A stretch of DNA of 64,000 bases. It comes from an uncultured Candidatus Saccharibacteria bacterium. GTDB taxonomy: Bacteria > Patescibacteriota > Minisyncoccia > Phycocordibacterales > SW-6-46-9. Below are positions 46,871 to 55,709 of the stretch, in pieces. The stretch lies in the NCBI GenBank assembly GCA_964534365.1, contig CAZHOI010000003.1, positions 4,310 through 68,309 on the forward strand, given 5' to 3'. Position numbers and translations under genes: made by a program. The stretch's first letter is position 1. Each line of letters starts with the position of its first letter. The notes under the pieces are model-generated. The model was not told the DNA's origin. It made no database searches and was given only the letters and a program-made list of their open reading frames with translations.

Positions 46871-47752
46871 ATGGCTGCTAATTTATACAACCAACAAGAT
46901 AAGAATGTTTTTAAAACTTGGCTTTTAATGTTGGCCTTTATTATTTTGGTGTCAGGATTGGGTTGGGCCATGTCATATGTTTTCGAATCTATAATTGTAT
47001 TTTACCTCGCCATCGGATTTAGCCTCGCTATGAATATCTATGCTTATTGGAATTCGGATAAGGTAGCCATCAGACAGGCCAGGGCTCAAACAGCTACAGA
47101 AAACCAGTATCCTGATCTGCACAATTTGGTCGAGAATCTGGCGATTACGGCTGGATTGCCTAAACCAAAACTCTATATTATTCCCGATTCGTCTCCTAAT
47201 GCATTTGCTACTGGGCGTAATCCTGAAAATTCGGCTATTGCGGTAACTCAGGGTCTGCTAGATAATTTAGATCGAACTGAAATCGAAGGAGTAATTGCTC
47301 ATGAAATGGCTCATATCGGCAATCGAGACATTCTAGTCATGACTATTGCAGTAGTTTTGGCCGGATTTATTGCCCTGGCAGCTGATTGGTTACTGCGCGG
47401 TTTTGCCTTTGGATCTAGCGATAATCGGGGAGGGGGAGTACAAATATTAATTGCGATTGGAATTTCTCTATTTGCATCATTATTTGCCACGTTGTTGCAA
47501 CTGGCAATATCACGACGTCGTGAGTATTTGGCTGATGCCACCGGGGCATTACTAACTCGCTATCCCGAAGGACTAGCTAGCGCTTTAGAGAAAATTGCCT
47601 CTAGTCCACGCCCACTAAAAACCGCCTCGAAAGCAACAGCACATTTATATATCTCGCAACCATTTGGGGCTGCCAAGCGCCTGTCTGGACTATTCGCTAC
47701 CCACCCCCCGATGGAACGACGTATCGCCGCCTTACGAGGTTTAGAGGTCTAA
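46871..47752 (+). CDS. htpX: Zinc metalloprotease HtpX (M48)
   Basis: PNAFATG, AHEMAH, SRRREYLAD, THPP. Confidence 0.93.
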   Translation: MAANLYNQQDKNVFKTWLLMLAFIILVSGLGWAMSYVFESIIVFYLAIGFSLAMNIYAYWNSDKVAIRQARAQTATENQYPDLHNLVENLAITAGLPKPKLYIIPDSSPNAFATGRNPENSAIAVTQGLLDNLDRTEIEGVIAHEMAHIGNRDILVMTIAVVLAGFIALAADWLLRGFAFGSSDNRGGGVQILIAIGISLFASLFATLLQLAISRRREYLADATGALLTRYPEGLASALEKIASSPRPLKTASKATAHLYISQPFGAAKRLSGLFATHPPMERRIAALRGLEV

Positions 47753-47755
47753 AAG

Positions 47756-48421
47756 ATGACACAAATAATATTCGAATACGACTTAGAAAAAGATGTTGAG
47801 AATTTTCTTAAAGCAATTAAATCTAAAAACAATAAGAAATTGTCCACCCTAGCATCAGAATACGTAAAAATTAATGGTGAGAATTATGATCAGGAACTAG
47901 TCAAAAGTTTTTTATCTTCTTACCATATAAATAATTTTATTGATCCAGAGCTTGTACAGAAAAAAATAGAACGAAACTGGCGATCTAAAGAAAAATCCTT
48001 TTTCGATAAAGTTGAAGCAATGTTCTCAGCAAAATATCATAAATCCAATATTCAAAGTTATTTAACAACTGAAAGTCGTTGTACTTACAATATTTCTGAA
48101 AATTACTTTTTTACCACTATACAATATCCAGAAAAAGCACACTGGTTGATCATGCATGAGGTTTTACATTTTTATACGTGGTATAAGTATAAAAATTCTA
48201 TTTATAACAATGGTGTGGACGATCGGGGCTATAATATAATCAAAGAATCACTGACGGAAATCCTTAATCTTGAGTTTAAGAATCTAATGGGCAATGAAGT
48301 TGACAGAGGTTACCCCCAACATCAAGAAATGAGAGCTTTGATAAAAGATAGCTGGCAAAATAATAAAGATTTAGATTTGGTGATAAATGACGCAATTAAT
48401 AATGTACTTTGCGAGTATTAA
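47756..48421 (+). CDS. Hypothetical protein with HExxH motif
   Basis: HEVLH...KESLT...GYPQH; AT-rich. Confidence 0.7.
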   Translation: MTQIIFEYDLEKDVENFLKAIKSKNNKKLSTLASEYVKINGENYDQELVKSFLSSYHINNFIDPELVQKKIERNWRSKEKSFFDKVEAMFSAKYHKSNIQSYLTTESRCTYNISENYFFTTIQYPEKAHWLIMHEVLHFYTWYKYKNSIYNNGVDDRGYNIIKESLTEILNLEFKNLMGNEVDRGYPQHQEMRALIKDSWQNNKDLDLVINDAINNVLCEY

Positions 48422-48466
48422 ATTTTAAAGTTGTGTTTTATGTCACTTGAAAATAAGCTTAACATA

Positions 48467-48501
48467 GCGGGCCATCTGGACTAAGTGTCCGCACTTTTTA
48501 A
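48467..48501 (+). repeat. att-like site downstream of tRNA-Ser(GGA)
   Basis: G CGG GCC ATC TGG ACT AAG (T) GTC CGC ACT TTT TAA reads RAIWTK-VRTF-stop with one extra base; starts with GCGG like the antisense tRNA-Ser end. Confidence 0.55.
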
Positions 48502-48563
48502 TATCACAAGATTTTTAGACAACTTTTTATTTATCAAAATCAAAGCATGTGGGTCATCAAATT

Positions 48564-49073
48564 TTAAATTAAATCTAAAATTTTATCCGCAACTTCTTTA
48601 GGTGTAACATTTGTATTTATAGATATTGTATTTTGAATCTTTTTAAATAAGTTGTTTTGGGAATTAAAGATGAAATCTTGTTCCTCTTTCTTTTTAGCAA
48701 AATGATTATTCGTTCTCTGGTTGAGTCTTTCAATAATTTTATCTTTTTCTAATTCTAGAATAATAACTTTATCAAAAATTTTACTAAATTCGGTCATATT
48801 TTCTACAAAACCTGAAACAAAAACATGTTTATTTTCTCTTACATAAGACAAAAAAGAGGATAATTGCCCTATGTCACAATACCAGCCATGCTCAGTAAGC
48901 CAGTCAGAATCACGGCCATCTGGCCCATACTCCACTTTTTCTTTTGTTTTGTGATTTTTCCAAACACATATTCCGGTAGCATCGACGTCTATAACAAGAT
49001 ATCCGTATTTCTGTAGTTCAGCTAATGTTGTTGTTTTTCCAACCCCACTCATTCCTGTAATTAGTACTTTCAT
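48564..49073 (-). CDS. P-loop nucleotide/shikimate kinase-like protein
   Basis: LITGMSGVGKT, IDVD, ERLNQRTNN. Confidence 0.8.
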   Translation of the reverse strand: MKVLITGMSGVGKTTTLAELQKYGYLVIDVDATGICVWKNHKTKEKVEYGPDGRDSDWLTEHGWYCDIGQLSSFLSYVRENKHVFVSGFVENMTEFSKIFDKVIILELEKDKIIERLNQRTNNHFAKKKEEQDFIFNSQNNLFKKIQNTISINTNVTPKEVADKILDLI

Positions 49074-49133
49074 ATCTCTATTTTAACTTAATACAAACAG
49101 GAAAATAGGTCATGCCAATACTTTTTGGTCGAT

Positions 49134-49160
49134 GCGGTCACGACAGGATTCGAACCTGCG
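49134..49160 (-). repeat. Copy of the tRNA-Ser T-arm region
   Basis: 49142-49160 GACAGGATTCGAACCTGCG is identical to 49204-49222; GCGG at 49134 is in register with the tRNA end. Confidence 0.85.
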
Positions 49161-49196
49161 CTGTATTGCTCTACACTCGCTTTCTCCCTCACAAAG

Positions 49197-49283
49197 CGGA
49201 GAGGACAGGATTCGAACCTGCGGTCGGTTTAACCCGACACTACCTTTCCAAGGTAGCGCATTCAACCACTCTGCCACCTCTCC
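49197..49283 (-). tRNA. tRNA-Ser(GGA)
   Basis: GGAGAGG acceptor, CTACC-TTGGAAA-GGTAG, long variable arm. Confidence 0.96.
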
Positions 49284-49361
49284 GCTTTAATAGGGACTGC
49301 AACTTTCATCTAATTACCAAATAATAGTTCTTGGGAAAATTGGTTGCAAGCGAGCACCTAA

Positions 49362-49381
49362 AACCGCTCAGCCACCTCTCC
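49362..49381 (-). repeat. Copy of the 5' end of tRNA-Ser(GGA)
   Basis: AACCGCTCAGCCACCTCTCC vs 49264-49283, 18/20 identical. Confidence 0.8.
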
Positions 49382-49535
49382 AGATAATTTATAGAATACC
49401 GTAAATTAGATACTGGCACGAGTGTTAAAATCAATTGCATTATCAAATTCATCTAAGAAAGCGTTTATAATCATAAGGTATAATATCCCTATGCCGAAGT
49501 TCAAGTAAGCACTATAAATTTAAAATTTTAAATTA

Positions 49536-49991
49536 ATGAATACAATTGATACTAAACGCGGGTTTACTCTAATTGAAATACTATTAGTAGTGGCTATTAT
49601 TGCTATTTTGGCTGGAATTGTAATTTTGGCCATTGATCCGAATCAACAAGCTACTAATCCCAATAACGCCAGGCAACAAGCCGATGTTCAAACCATTCTA
49701 GATGCCGTATATTTATATGCAGTGGATAATGAAGGCGACATTCCTGATGATCCTGGGGAAATTACGACTAACAGAACTGAAATTTGTACTACCAACAGCT
49801 GCGATGGACTAGTTGATTTAAGTGATCTAATTACTGATGGACAATATTTAGCCTCGATCCCGGTTGATCCTGAATATAACGCTGGGGCTGGGGGTAATAA
49901 CCCTAATAGTGCCGGATATAATATCGTTAAAACACTCGATAATCGGGTTACCGTAGCGTCTTGGGATGGAAATGTAATTGCTACCCGATAA
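49536..49991 (+). CDS. Type IV pilin-like protein
   Basis: KRG-FTLIE prepilin cleavage/methylation site, hydrophobic helix, P.DP. Confidence 0.9.
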   Translation: MNTIDTKRGFTLIEILLVVAIIAILAGIVILAIDPNQQATNPNNARQQADVQTILDAVYLYAVDNEGDIPDDPGEITTNRTEICTTNSCDGLVDLSDLITDGQYLASIPVDPEYNAGAGGNNPNSAGYNIVKTLDNRVTVASWDGNVIATR

Positions 49992-50042
49992 TGATTTCTC
50001 GATTCAAACTACTTGATAAGTGGTTTTTTTATTGCTTATTTT

Positions 50043-50070
50043 TGTAATATAGTACAGACTATTGCGTCAT
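50043..50070 (+). promoter_or_regulatory. Candidate ECF-type autoregulatory promoter
   Basis: TGTAAT...CGTC directly before the sigma ATG resembles ECF -35/-10 elements (inference). Confidence 0.4.
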
Positions 50071-50072
50071 AT

Positions 50073-50561
50073 ATGATAGAGCTAGAAAAAAGTTTCAATA
50101 AACTATACGAAGAAAATGCCGATGCCATATTTCGCCTATGTTTATTTAAAACTTCAAATCGCGAAGTAGCTCTAGATCTTTCACAAGACATATTTACTAA
50201 AATGTGGTCATATTTGGCTTCGGGCAAGACAGTCGACAATCAGCGAGCCTTTTTGTTTACTGTCGCGCGCAATCGTATCAAAGACCATTATAAAAAACGT
50301 AAAACTATCACGTTTAGTAAGGCAGGATTGGATAATGTGGCCGAATACCTCTCGGCCGATACGCAGACATCTGATCATTCAGAAATTATTGAATTACTGG
50401 AGACTTTGCAAACGCTACCTGATCATCACGCTGAACTATTGCAGCTCCGATATGTCGAGGGCCTAACTATCGAAGAATTGGCTGAAATATACAATATTCG
50501 AGCTAATACTTTGTCAGTTAAAATCCACCGCATCTTACACAGCCTTCGCAAAAATCTTTAA
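50073..50561 (+). CDS. ECF sigma-70 factor
   Basis: ALDLSQDIF.K.W, AFLFTVARN...DHY, region 4 LRYVEGLTIEELA. Confidence 0.9.
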   Translation: MIELEKSFNKLYEENADAIFRLCLFKTSNREVALDLSQDIFTKMWSYLASGKTVDNQRAFLFTVARNRIKDHYKKRKTITFSKAGLDNVAEYLSADTQTSDHSEIIELLETLQTLPDHHAELLQLRYVEGLTIEELAEIYNIRANTLSVKIHRILHSLRKNL

Positions 50562-50562
50562 T

Positions 50563-51636
50563 ATGAAACTACCACAAGATTTCAAAACTTTAAGTAATAT
50601 TAATCTCTCGTCAGACGAGCGAGCGCTTTTGTGGATGCGAATAGAAACCGCTAATCAGAATTTGGATATAAAGAACAGCAATAAACCTCGATTTATCTGG
50701 CTGCGGTATGCCAGCGCGTCTTTGGCAGCTATGGCCACCGGTTTAGTATTATTAATTGGATCGGCTAATGCGTTACCTGGACAACAACTATACTCACTGA
50801 AAACTGGAGTAAATGAACCACTGCAGCGCCTAACCACCTTTGGTTCTGACAATAAAATAGAATTGGAGAAACGACTATTAATAAAAAGGGTAGAGGAAGC
50901 TAAACAGCTTAAAAATCGAGGGCTGTTAGATATCAAAGTTGCTGAAAATATTGAAAACCAGATCAGAGATCAGGCCGGTAAAGCTGTCGCAGGAAAAGAA
51001 GCTGAAAAAAATGAGCTGGATACTAAACCAATAGCAGACAACCCTGATACCCTTGACGATGAAAATGATCAGTCAGAAGAAAAGGCCGCCGCCGAGATTT
51101 CTATTGCCGAAATCAAGGGCACAGCCAGCGGAAGTATCAAGGCAGTTAAATTATTAGCTGGCGAATCAGTTGAGCAGGCTCTTGAATTAGACGATCAGTT
51201 ATCCGGCACTACTGAATTAAATAATGTGACCGATAATAATCAGGAACTATCCAGTGAAATTATAGACTCTGACCTGCTTCAGTCCAGCGAACCACAAAAA
51301 GTCTTAGATGTCGATGAACCGCGATCTCCTGAAAGTAAAGTAGCCAAAACCAAAATTCAGGCCCAGGCCAAAATTGCCACCACCAAAGCAGAGGAGTCAA
51401 ATAAAAAATTAGAAACCTCTAATACCAAGGGTCTTGACGACGGTATTAAAGACAACAAAGCTGTGAACCAAACTAATCGTAATAAGATAATTGAAGTTAA
51501 TAAACAAATTGTTGAATCTGCCAAGCAAGTAGTTGATCAAGACATAGAAATGGTTGGGGAAGAGGAGTTATTAGAAGCTGTAGAATCTGCCTCGGCGGCG
51601 ACAGTTGTGTCGGAAGCCATAAGCTCAGACGAATAG
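50563..51636 (+). CDS. Putative anti-sigma factor (DUF5667-like)
   Basis: Directly follows the sigma gene; TM; ALPGQQLYSLK..VNE, KRVEEA. Confidence 0.65.
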   Translation: MKLPQDFKTLSNINLSSDERALLWMRIETANQNLDIKNSNKPRFIWLRYASASLAAMATGLVLLIGSANALPGQQLYSLKTGVNEPLQRLTTFGSDNKIELEKRLLIKRVEEAKQLKNRGLLDIKVAENIENQIRDQAGKAVAGKEAEKNELDTKPIADNPDTLDDENDQSEEKAAAEISIAEIKGTASGSIKAVKLLAGESVEQALELDDQLSGTTELNNVTDNNQELSSEIIDSDLLQSSEPQKVLDVDEPRSPESKVAKTKIQAQAKIATTKAEESNKKLETSNTKGLDDGIKDNKAVNQTNRNKIIEVNKQIVESAKQVVDQDIEMVGEEELLEAVESASAATVVSEAISSDE

Positions 51637-51696
51637 TTATTAACATTACAAATTTAGACAAGTGTACGTTCGTTCGTTTTTTGGTATGATTAGGGA

Positions 51697-52299
51697 ATGT
51701 TAAAAGAAGACCGAATAAATGCATATCAAGACAAGATCATTATCTTTTACAAACAACGTCGACGTATGCCCAGTTATTCTGAAATACAAAAATTAACTCA
51801 CTACCGATCTAAAAGTGGGGTAGTGCGGCTGATCGACAAATTGGAACAGCGACGCTTTTTAAAAAGGGATCGAGGGGGAAAACTGGTGCCAGGATTTAGC
51901 TTTTTTTCAATTCCATTTCCCGGCACCGTCCAAGCTGGATTTCCGTCGCCAGCTGATCAGGGTTACGAAGACCAAGAAAGGATTGATTTGTACTCGTATT
52001 TGGTTAAAAAACCGGCTGACACTTTTATTCACCAAGTAACCGGAGACTCGATGATTAATGTCGGCATATATGACGGTGATTTGGTAATATCGGAACGAAC
52101 CAGCGATTTGCCAATTGGGAAAATTGTAATTGCCGAAGTAAACGGATCGTGCACTATTAAACGGCTACAACAAAATCAATCGGGCCAGATTTATTTGCAA
52201 CCGGAAAATGATGATCATAAAAAAATTTATGCCGATGATGGTCAAGAAATCACCGTACTAGCAATCGTGCGATCAGTAATGCGGCAATTTGATAAGTAA
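51697..52299 (+). CDS. LexA-type HTH fused to a UmuD-like S24 peptidase
   Basis: MPSYSEI...SKSGV HTH; AGFPSPA cleavage site; GDSM (Ser) and TIKRL (Lys). Confidence 0.88.
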   Translation: MLKEDRINAYQDKIIIFYKQRRRMPSYSEIQKLTHYRSKSGVVRLIDKLEQRRFLKRDRGGKLVPGFSFFSIPFPGTVQAGFPSPADQGYEDQERIDLYSYLVKKPADTFIHQVTGDSMINVGIYDGDLVISERTSDLPIGKIVIAEVNGSCTIKRLQQNQSGQIYLQPENDDHKKIYADDGQEITVLAIVRSVMRQFDK

Positions 52300-52303
52300 T
52301 TTT

Positions 52304-52531
52304 ATGAAAAACGTTACCAATCAGATAAAAAGCTTGGTTAGAATCTATGATGACGATTATGTTTTGAAAACACCAGACAATAATTCTGTCGTAATTGCTA
52401 GCCGAACTACTAAAACAAAGTTGCCAATTTTTACTAATGATCATATAGGCTTTGTATATTACCTATCACCACCCAAGAATTCTGATTATCCCTGGGGCTA
52501 TGTCAGACTTAGTATCCGCCAAATTAATTAA
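52304..52531 (+). CDS. Small protein, possibly a degenerate S24/UmuD-like domain
   Basis: Fills the gap between lexA/umuD and umuC; ends WGYVRLSIR. Confidence 0.5.
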   Translation: MKNVTNQIKSLVRIYDDDYVLKTPDNNSVVIASRTTKTKLPIFTNDHIGFVYYLSPPKNSDYPWGYVRLSIRQIN

Positions 52532-52532
52532 C

Positions 52533-53813
52533 ATGATTGCTTTGATTGATGCCAACAATTTTTTTGTCTCGTGCGAACGAGCCGTCAACCCAACCCTGCA
52601 GCACCAACCGATGGTGGTACTATCTAACAATGATGGCTGTGTCATCTCTAGGTCAAATGAAGTTAAAGAATTAGGGATACCGATGGGGGCGCCTTATTTT
52701 AAGTATCGAGACAACTTTGAACGCAATAACGTAATCGCTCATTCAGTAAATTTTAGCCTTTATGATCACTTTTCCCGCAAAATAGTCCGGGTGTTGCAGC
52801 AGAACTGCCCACGGGTGCAAGTATATTCTATTGATGAGTCGTTTGTAGTAGTGCCAAAAAACCTATCGAATAAAGCCCTGATAAATTGGGCCGACAAATT
52901 GCGGAAACAAATTTTTAAAGTTACCTGTATACCTGCTTCAATTGGAGTTGCCAATACCAAAACCTTGGCTAAACTTGCTGGTTACACTGCAAAAAAACAG
53001 ACCACAACAGGGCAGGGGGCAGGTATCGCCCTTATTAGTGAAGACAATTTGGATCAAGCGCTAAGTGACACTTTTATCGGTTCGATTTGGGGAATTGGTA
53101 CTAAATTAGCGCACCGAATGCGGCGAGAAGGTATTAAAACTGCTCGTGACTTAGTTAATAGAGATGATGCCTGGATTAGAAGCATGTTTGGAATTGTTGG
53201 GCTGAGGATGAAAGCGGAGTTGATGGGGTCAACTGCCAGCCTAGTAGAAATAGACCAGACTGATCGTCAAGGAATTTCGTCAACCCGATCTTTTGGTCGT
53301 GATGTATGTTCATATCAAGAATTGCTGGCATCACTAATTAAACATGTTGAGGTTGCCAGCCGAAAACTGCGCCGGCAAAATTCAACAGCCGGCAAAATAT
53401 CAATATTCATTCGCACCGGAAAGCACAAAACTGGTCCACAATATTATGGCAAGACAGAGCTATTGTTATTAGTCCCAACTGATAACACCCTTAATTTTAA
53501 CAAGGTGGTGAGACAACTACTGGAATCAGTATACCGACCAGGATTTATATATTATCGCTCGGGGGTATTGCTATCAAATATTGAGCCCAAGGAGAATCAT
53601 CATCCACAATCTAGTTGGTATAAAACCGAGCAGCATCGATACCAGTCCGATACAATGGCTACTATTGACAAACTAAATAATATATATGGTAATAACCATA
53701 TTAGATCAGCTTGTATTCCGAAACAGCCCAGCTGGCAATCCAAATCAAATTTTAAATCATTTCAACAATCATTAAAGGATACAACTAAATTACCAACCTT
53801 ACATATTGTTTAA
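52533..53813 (+). CDS. umuC: Y-family DNA polymerase (UmuC-like)
   Basis: IDANNFFVSCER, VVLSNNDGCVISRS, YSIDES, TKTLAKLA, IWGIG, STRSFG. Confidence 0.9.
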   Translation: MIALIDANNFFVSCERAVNPTLQHQPMVVLSNNDGCVISRSNEVKELGIPMGAPYFKYRDNFERNNVIAHSVNFSLYDHFSRKIVRVLQQNCPRVQVYSIDESFVVVPKNLSNKALINWADKLRKQIFKVTCIPASIGVANTKTLAKLAGYTAKKQTTTGQGAGIALISEDNLDQALSDTFIGSIWGIGTKLAHRMRREGIKTARDLVNRDDAWIRSMFGIVGLRMKAELMGSTASLVEIDQTDRQGISSTRSFGRDVCSYQELLASLIKHVEVASRKLRRQNSTAGKISIFIRTGKHKTGPQYYGKTELLLLVPTDNTLNFNKVVRQLLESVYRPGFIYYRSGVLLSNIEPKENHHPQSSWYKTEQHRYQSDTMATIDKLNNIYGNNHIRSACIPKQPSWQSKSNFKSFQQSLKDTTKLPTLHIV

Positions 53814-53883
53814 ATTAATAATCCCAAATTGGTAGGGGGTAGTAGTCGAGCTAATTATGAATATGTAAAAACTAATATTAACT

Positions 53884-53911
53884 ACGTCGCACAATATATC
53901 TTTTGCGACGT
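53884..53911. other. Candidate dif/Xer recombination site (11-6-11)
   Basis: ACGTCGCACAA-TATATC-TTTTGCGACGT, intergenic, at a convergence of gene orientation. Confidence 0.6.
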
Positions 53912-54064
53912 TATGATGAGGTATAAATTTATTAATTAGATTTATATACAACTATTAGGCTCGCCGCGCTATTTACTAATTATAATGCGGTGACATAAAA
54001 TCATTTACTAGTCACTAATTAATAATCTTAATTCACTCTTGTTTATATTCTATAAGTTATGTAA

Positions 54065-54097
54065 ATAAAAACGCTCTACCTTAGAGAGCGTTTTTAT
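54065..54097. terminator. Bidirectional terminator
   Basis: ATAAAAACGCTCT...AGAGCGTTTTTAT. Confidence 0.75.
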
Positions 54098-54189
54098 CGT
54101 TTCTTCTTTTTATGACGATCAGCACGTCGACGCTTCTTACGTCGCCTTCGCTTTACTGAACGTTGTTTATTCTTTCGTTTTGTTCCCAT
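54094..54189 (-). CDS. 31-aa Arg/Lys-rich peptide, bS22 (AURKAIP1/COX24)-like ribosomal protein
   Basis: MGTKRKNKQRSVKRRRRKKRRRADRHKKKKR; not in the ORF track; ends in a terminator. Confidence 0.65.
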   Translation of the reverse strand: MGTKRKNKQRSVKRRRRKKRRRADRHKKKKR

Positions 54190-54234
54190 AAAGTTTTAAT
54201 ACTTTAACATTTAATCGTTTGCTGTGCACGCAAA

Positions 54235-54426
54235 TTAACTAATAATATTAGTTAATTCATACCACATTAATCTAGCAATTATCTTTATTCGATCATAAAT
54301 CGACTCGATATAGTCTGAATTAATCAAATCTAATCCATAAACTGATAGTAAAAATATTACCACCGATACCAATACCGCTTGCTTTATTAATCCACTTTGA
54401 CAATTTAAAGTTTTATGGTACTGCAT
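54235..54426 (-). CDS. Small hypothetical membrane protein
   Basis: 63 aa, one hydrophobic segment, 6 bp after the M23 gene. Confidence 0.4.
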   Translation of the reverse strand: MQYHKTLNCQSGLIKQAVLVSVVIFLLSVYGLDLINSDYIESIYDRIKIIARLMWYELTNIIS

Positions 54427-54432
54427 ATGATA

Positions 54433-55707
54433 TTAAGGCAGATATTCGATTGGATTTAAATATGCTGACAAGTCGGCTAGCGGCAGGGTAATATTAGTGC
54501 CAGGACAGGACCGGCTAGGCAACCCCCCCACCCTAACCCCCTCACTGGCGTACACACTAAAATGCAAGTGTGACCCAGTTGAATATCCAGTATTACCACC
54601 ATATCCAATTACTTCCCCCCGTCCCACAGATTGACCTGGACTGACTGCAGATTGAGATAAATGAGCGTACAAACTAGACAAACCATTGTCATGCTCGATC
54701 AGAATCCATCTACCATACGAAGCATATGGACATTCGGCATCAGTATTGCCCACTCCTTTAACTACCCCCTGTCGGGCTGATAAAACTGGTGTGCCTACTT
54801 CGAGGTCAAGATCGATACCGTTATGCCCGCTACCGTTGTACGCTCCTGATTGCGCAAAAGCAGTGTTACCAAAATATTGGGTAATAACTATATTAGCCAG
54901 CGGCCATGACAGCGTTGATCCCGCCGGCTGAGGGATTGCCGCTGGATTAAGAGCTATATTTAATTGCGCCTCATAAGCTGATAAATCAGCTTCGAAAGCT
55001 TGGCGTAGTTGACGTTTTTCTTCTAAGAGAGCTTGATAGCTGGACTCTTCACTTCTAGTAATACCTAACAATCGTTCCTGTTCGGCTCGGGCAATATCTA
55101 CTGATTTTTTATCAATTAGAACTTGTTGTTGCAGGGCCAGGATTTCGGCTTTTTCATCTTCTTGGCGCGTTTTGTTTTGCTCTAGTGTATTACGGGTAGC
55201 GCGGATTTCCTCCATTGAATCATCAATAGCCGCACCTAATTGACGAGCGCGATCAGTTTGTTCCATAAACTGTGACAGCGAATCATATTTTAAAAAACCC
55301 TCCACTAAGGTATCACTATCTGCTATTTGCAATGATTGCAAACTATTCTTGAGCGCTCCTTTTTTATTAGCAATTTCAGTTTCAAGAGCACTTATTTCTG
55401 CGCTAATCGATTCTATAATAGCTTCCAAATCCGCAATACTGGATTCAGAGGCACCAATTTTATTTTCTAAAACCGCTTGTTGATTTGCAATCTCATCAAC
55501 GACTTCTTGCAAGGTTTGACGTTCCTCTGTTTTTTCTTGCACTTGAACTTGCAGCTGCTCGATCTCTTCATCGACCTCAGTGATGGCTTGTTCACGCCCT
55601 CGTATCGCATCTCTTAGATTATCCAGTTGATCGGCCTGCGCTGCAGCGCTAAGTTGAATTAATAGGGCCAAAATAAGTATTAGTGACTGTAGTGTTTTTT
55701 TATTCAT
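54433..55707 (-). CDS. M23 peptidase with long coiled coil
   Basis: Signal peptide; HNGID, YAHL, STGSHLHF. Confidence 0.9.
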   Translation of the reverse strand: MNKKTLQSLILILALLIQLSAAAQADQLDNLRDAIRGREQAITEVDEEIEQLQVQVQEKTEERQTLQEVVDEIANQQAVLENKIGASESSIADLEAIIESISAEISALETEIANKKGALKNSLQSLQIADSDTLVEGFLKYDSLSQFMEQTDRARQLGAAIDDSMEEIRATRNTLEQNKTRQEDEKAEILALQQQVLIDKKSVDIARAEQERLLGITRSEESSYQALLEEKRQLRQAFEADLSAYEAQLNIALNPAAIPQPAGSTLSWPLANIVITQYFGNTAFAQSGAYNGSGHNGIDLDLEVGTPVLSARQGVVKGVGNTDAECPYASYGRWILIEHDNGLSSLYAHLSQSAVSPGQSVGRGEVIGYGGNTGYSTGSHLHFSVYASEGVRVGGLPSRSCPGTNITLPLADLSAYLNPIEYLP

Positions 55708-55709
55708 AG

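Noticed and set aside
49112-49324. 70-aa ORF over tRNA-Ser (and 33452-33760 over tRNA-Leu)
   Set aside because: Antisense readings of tRNA genes
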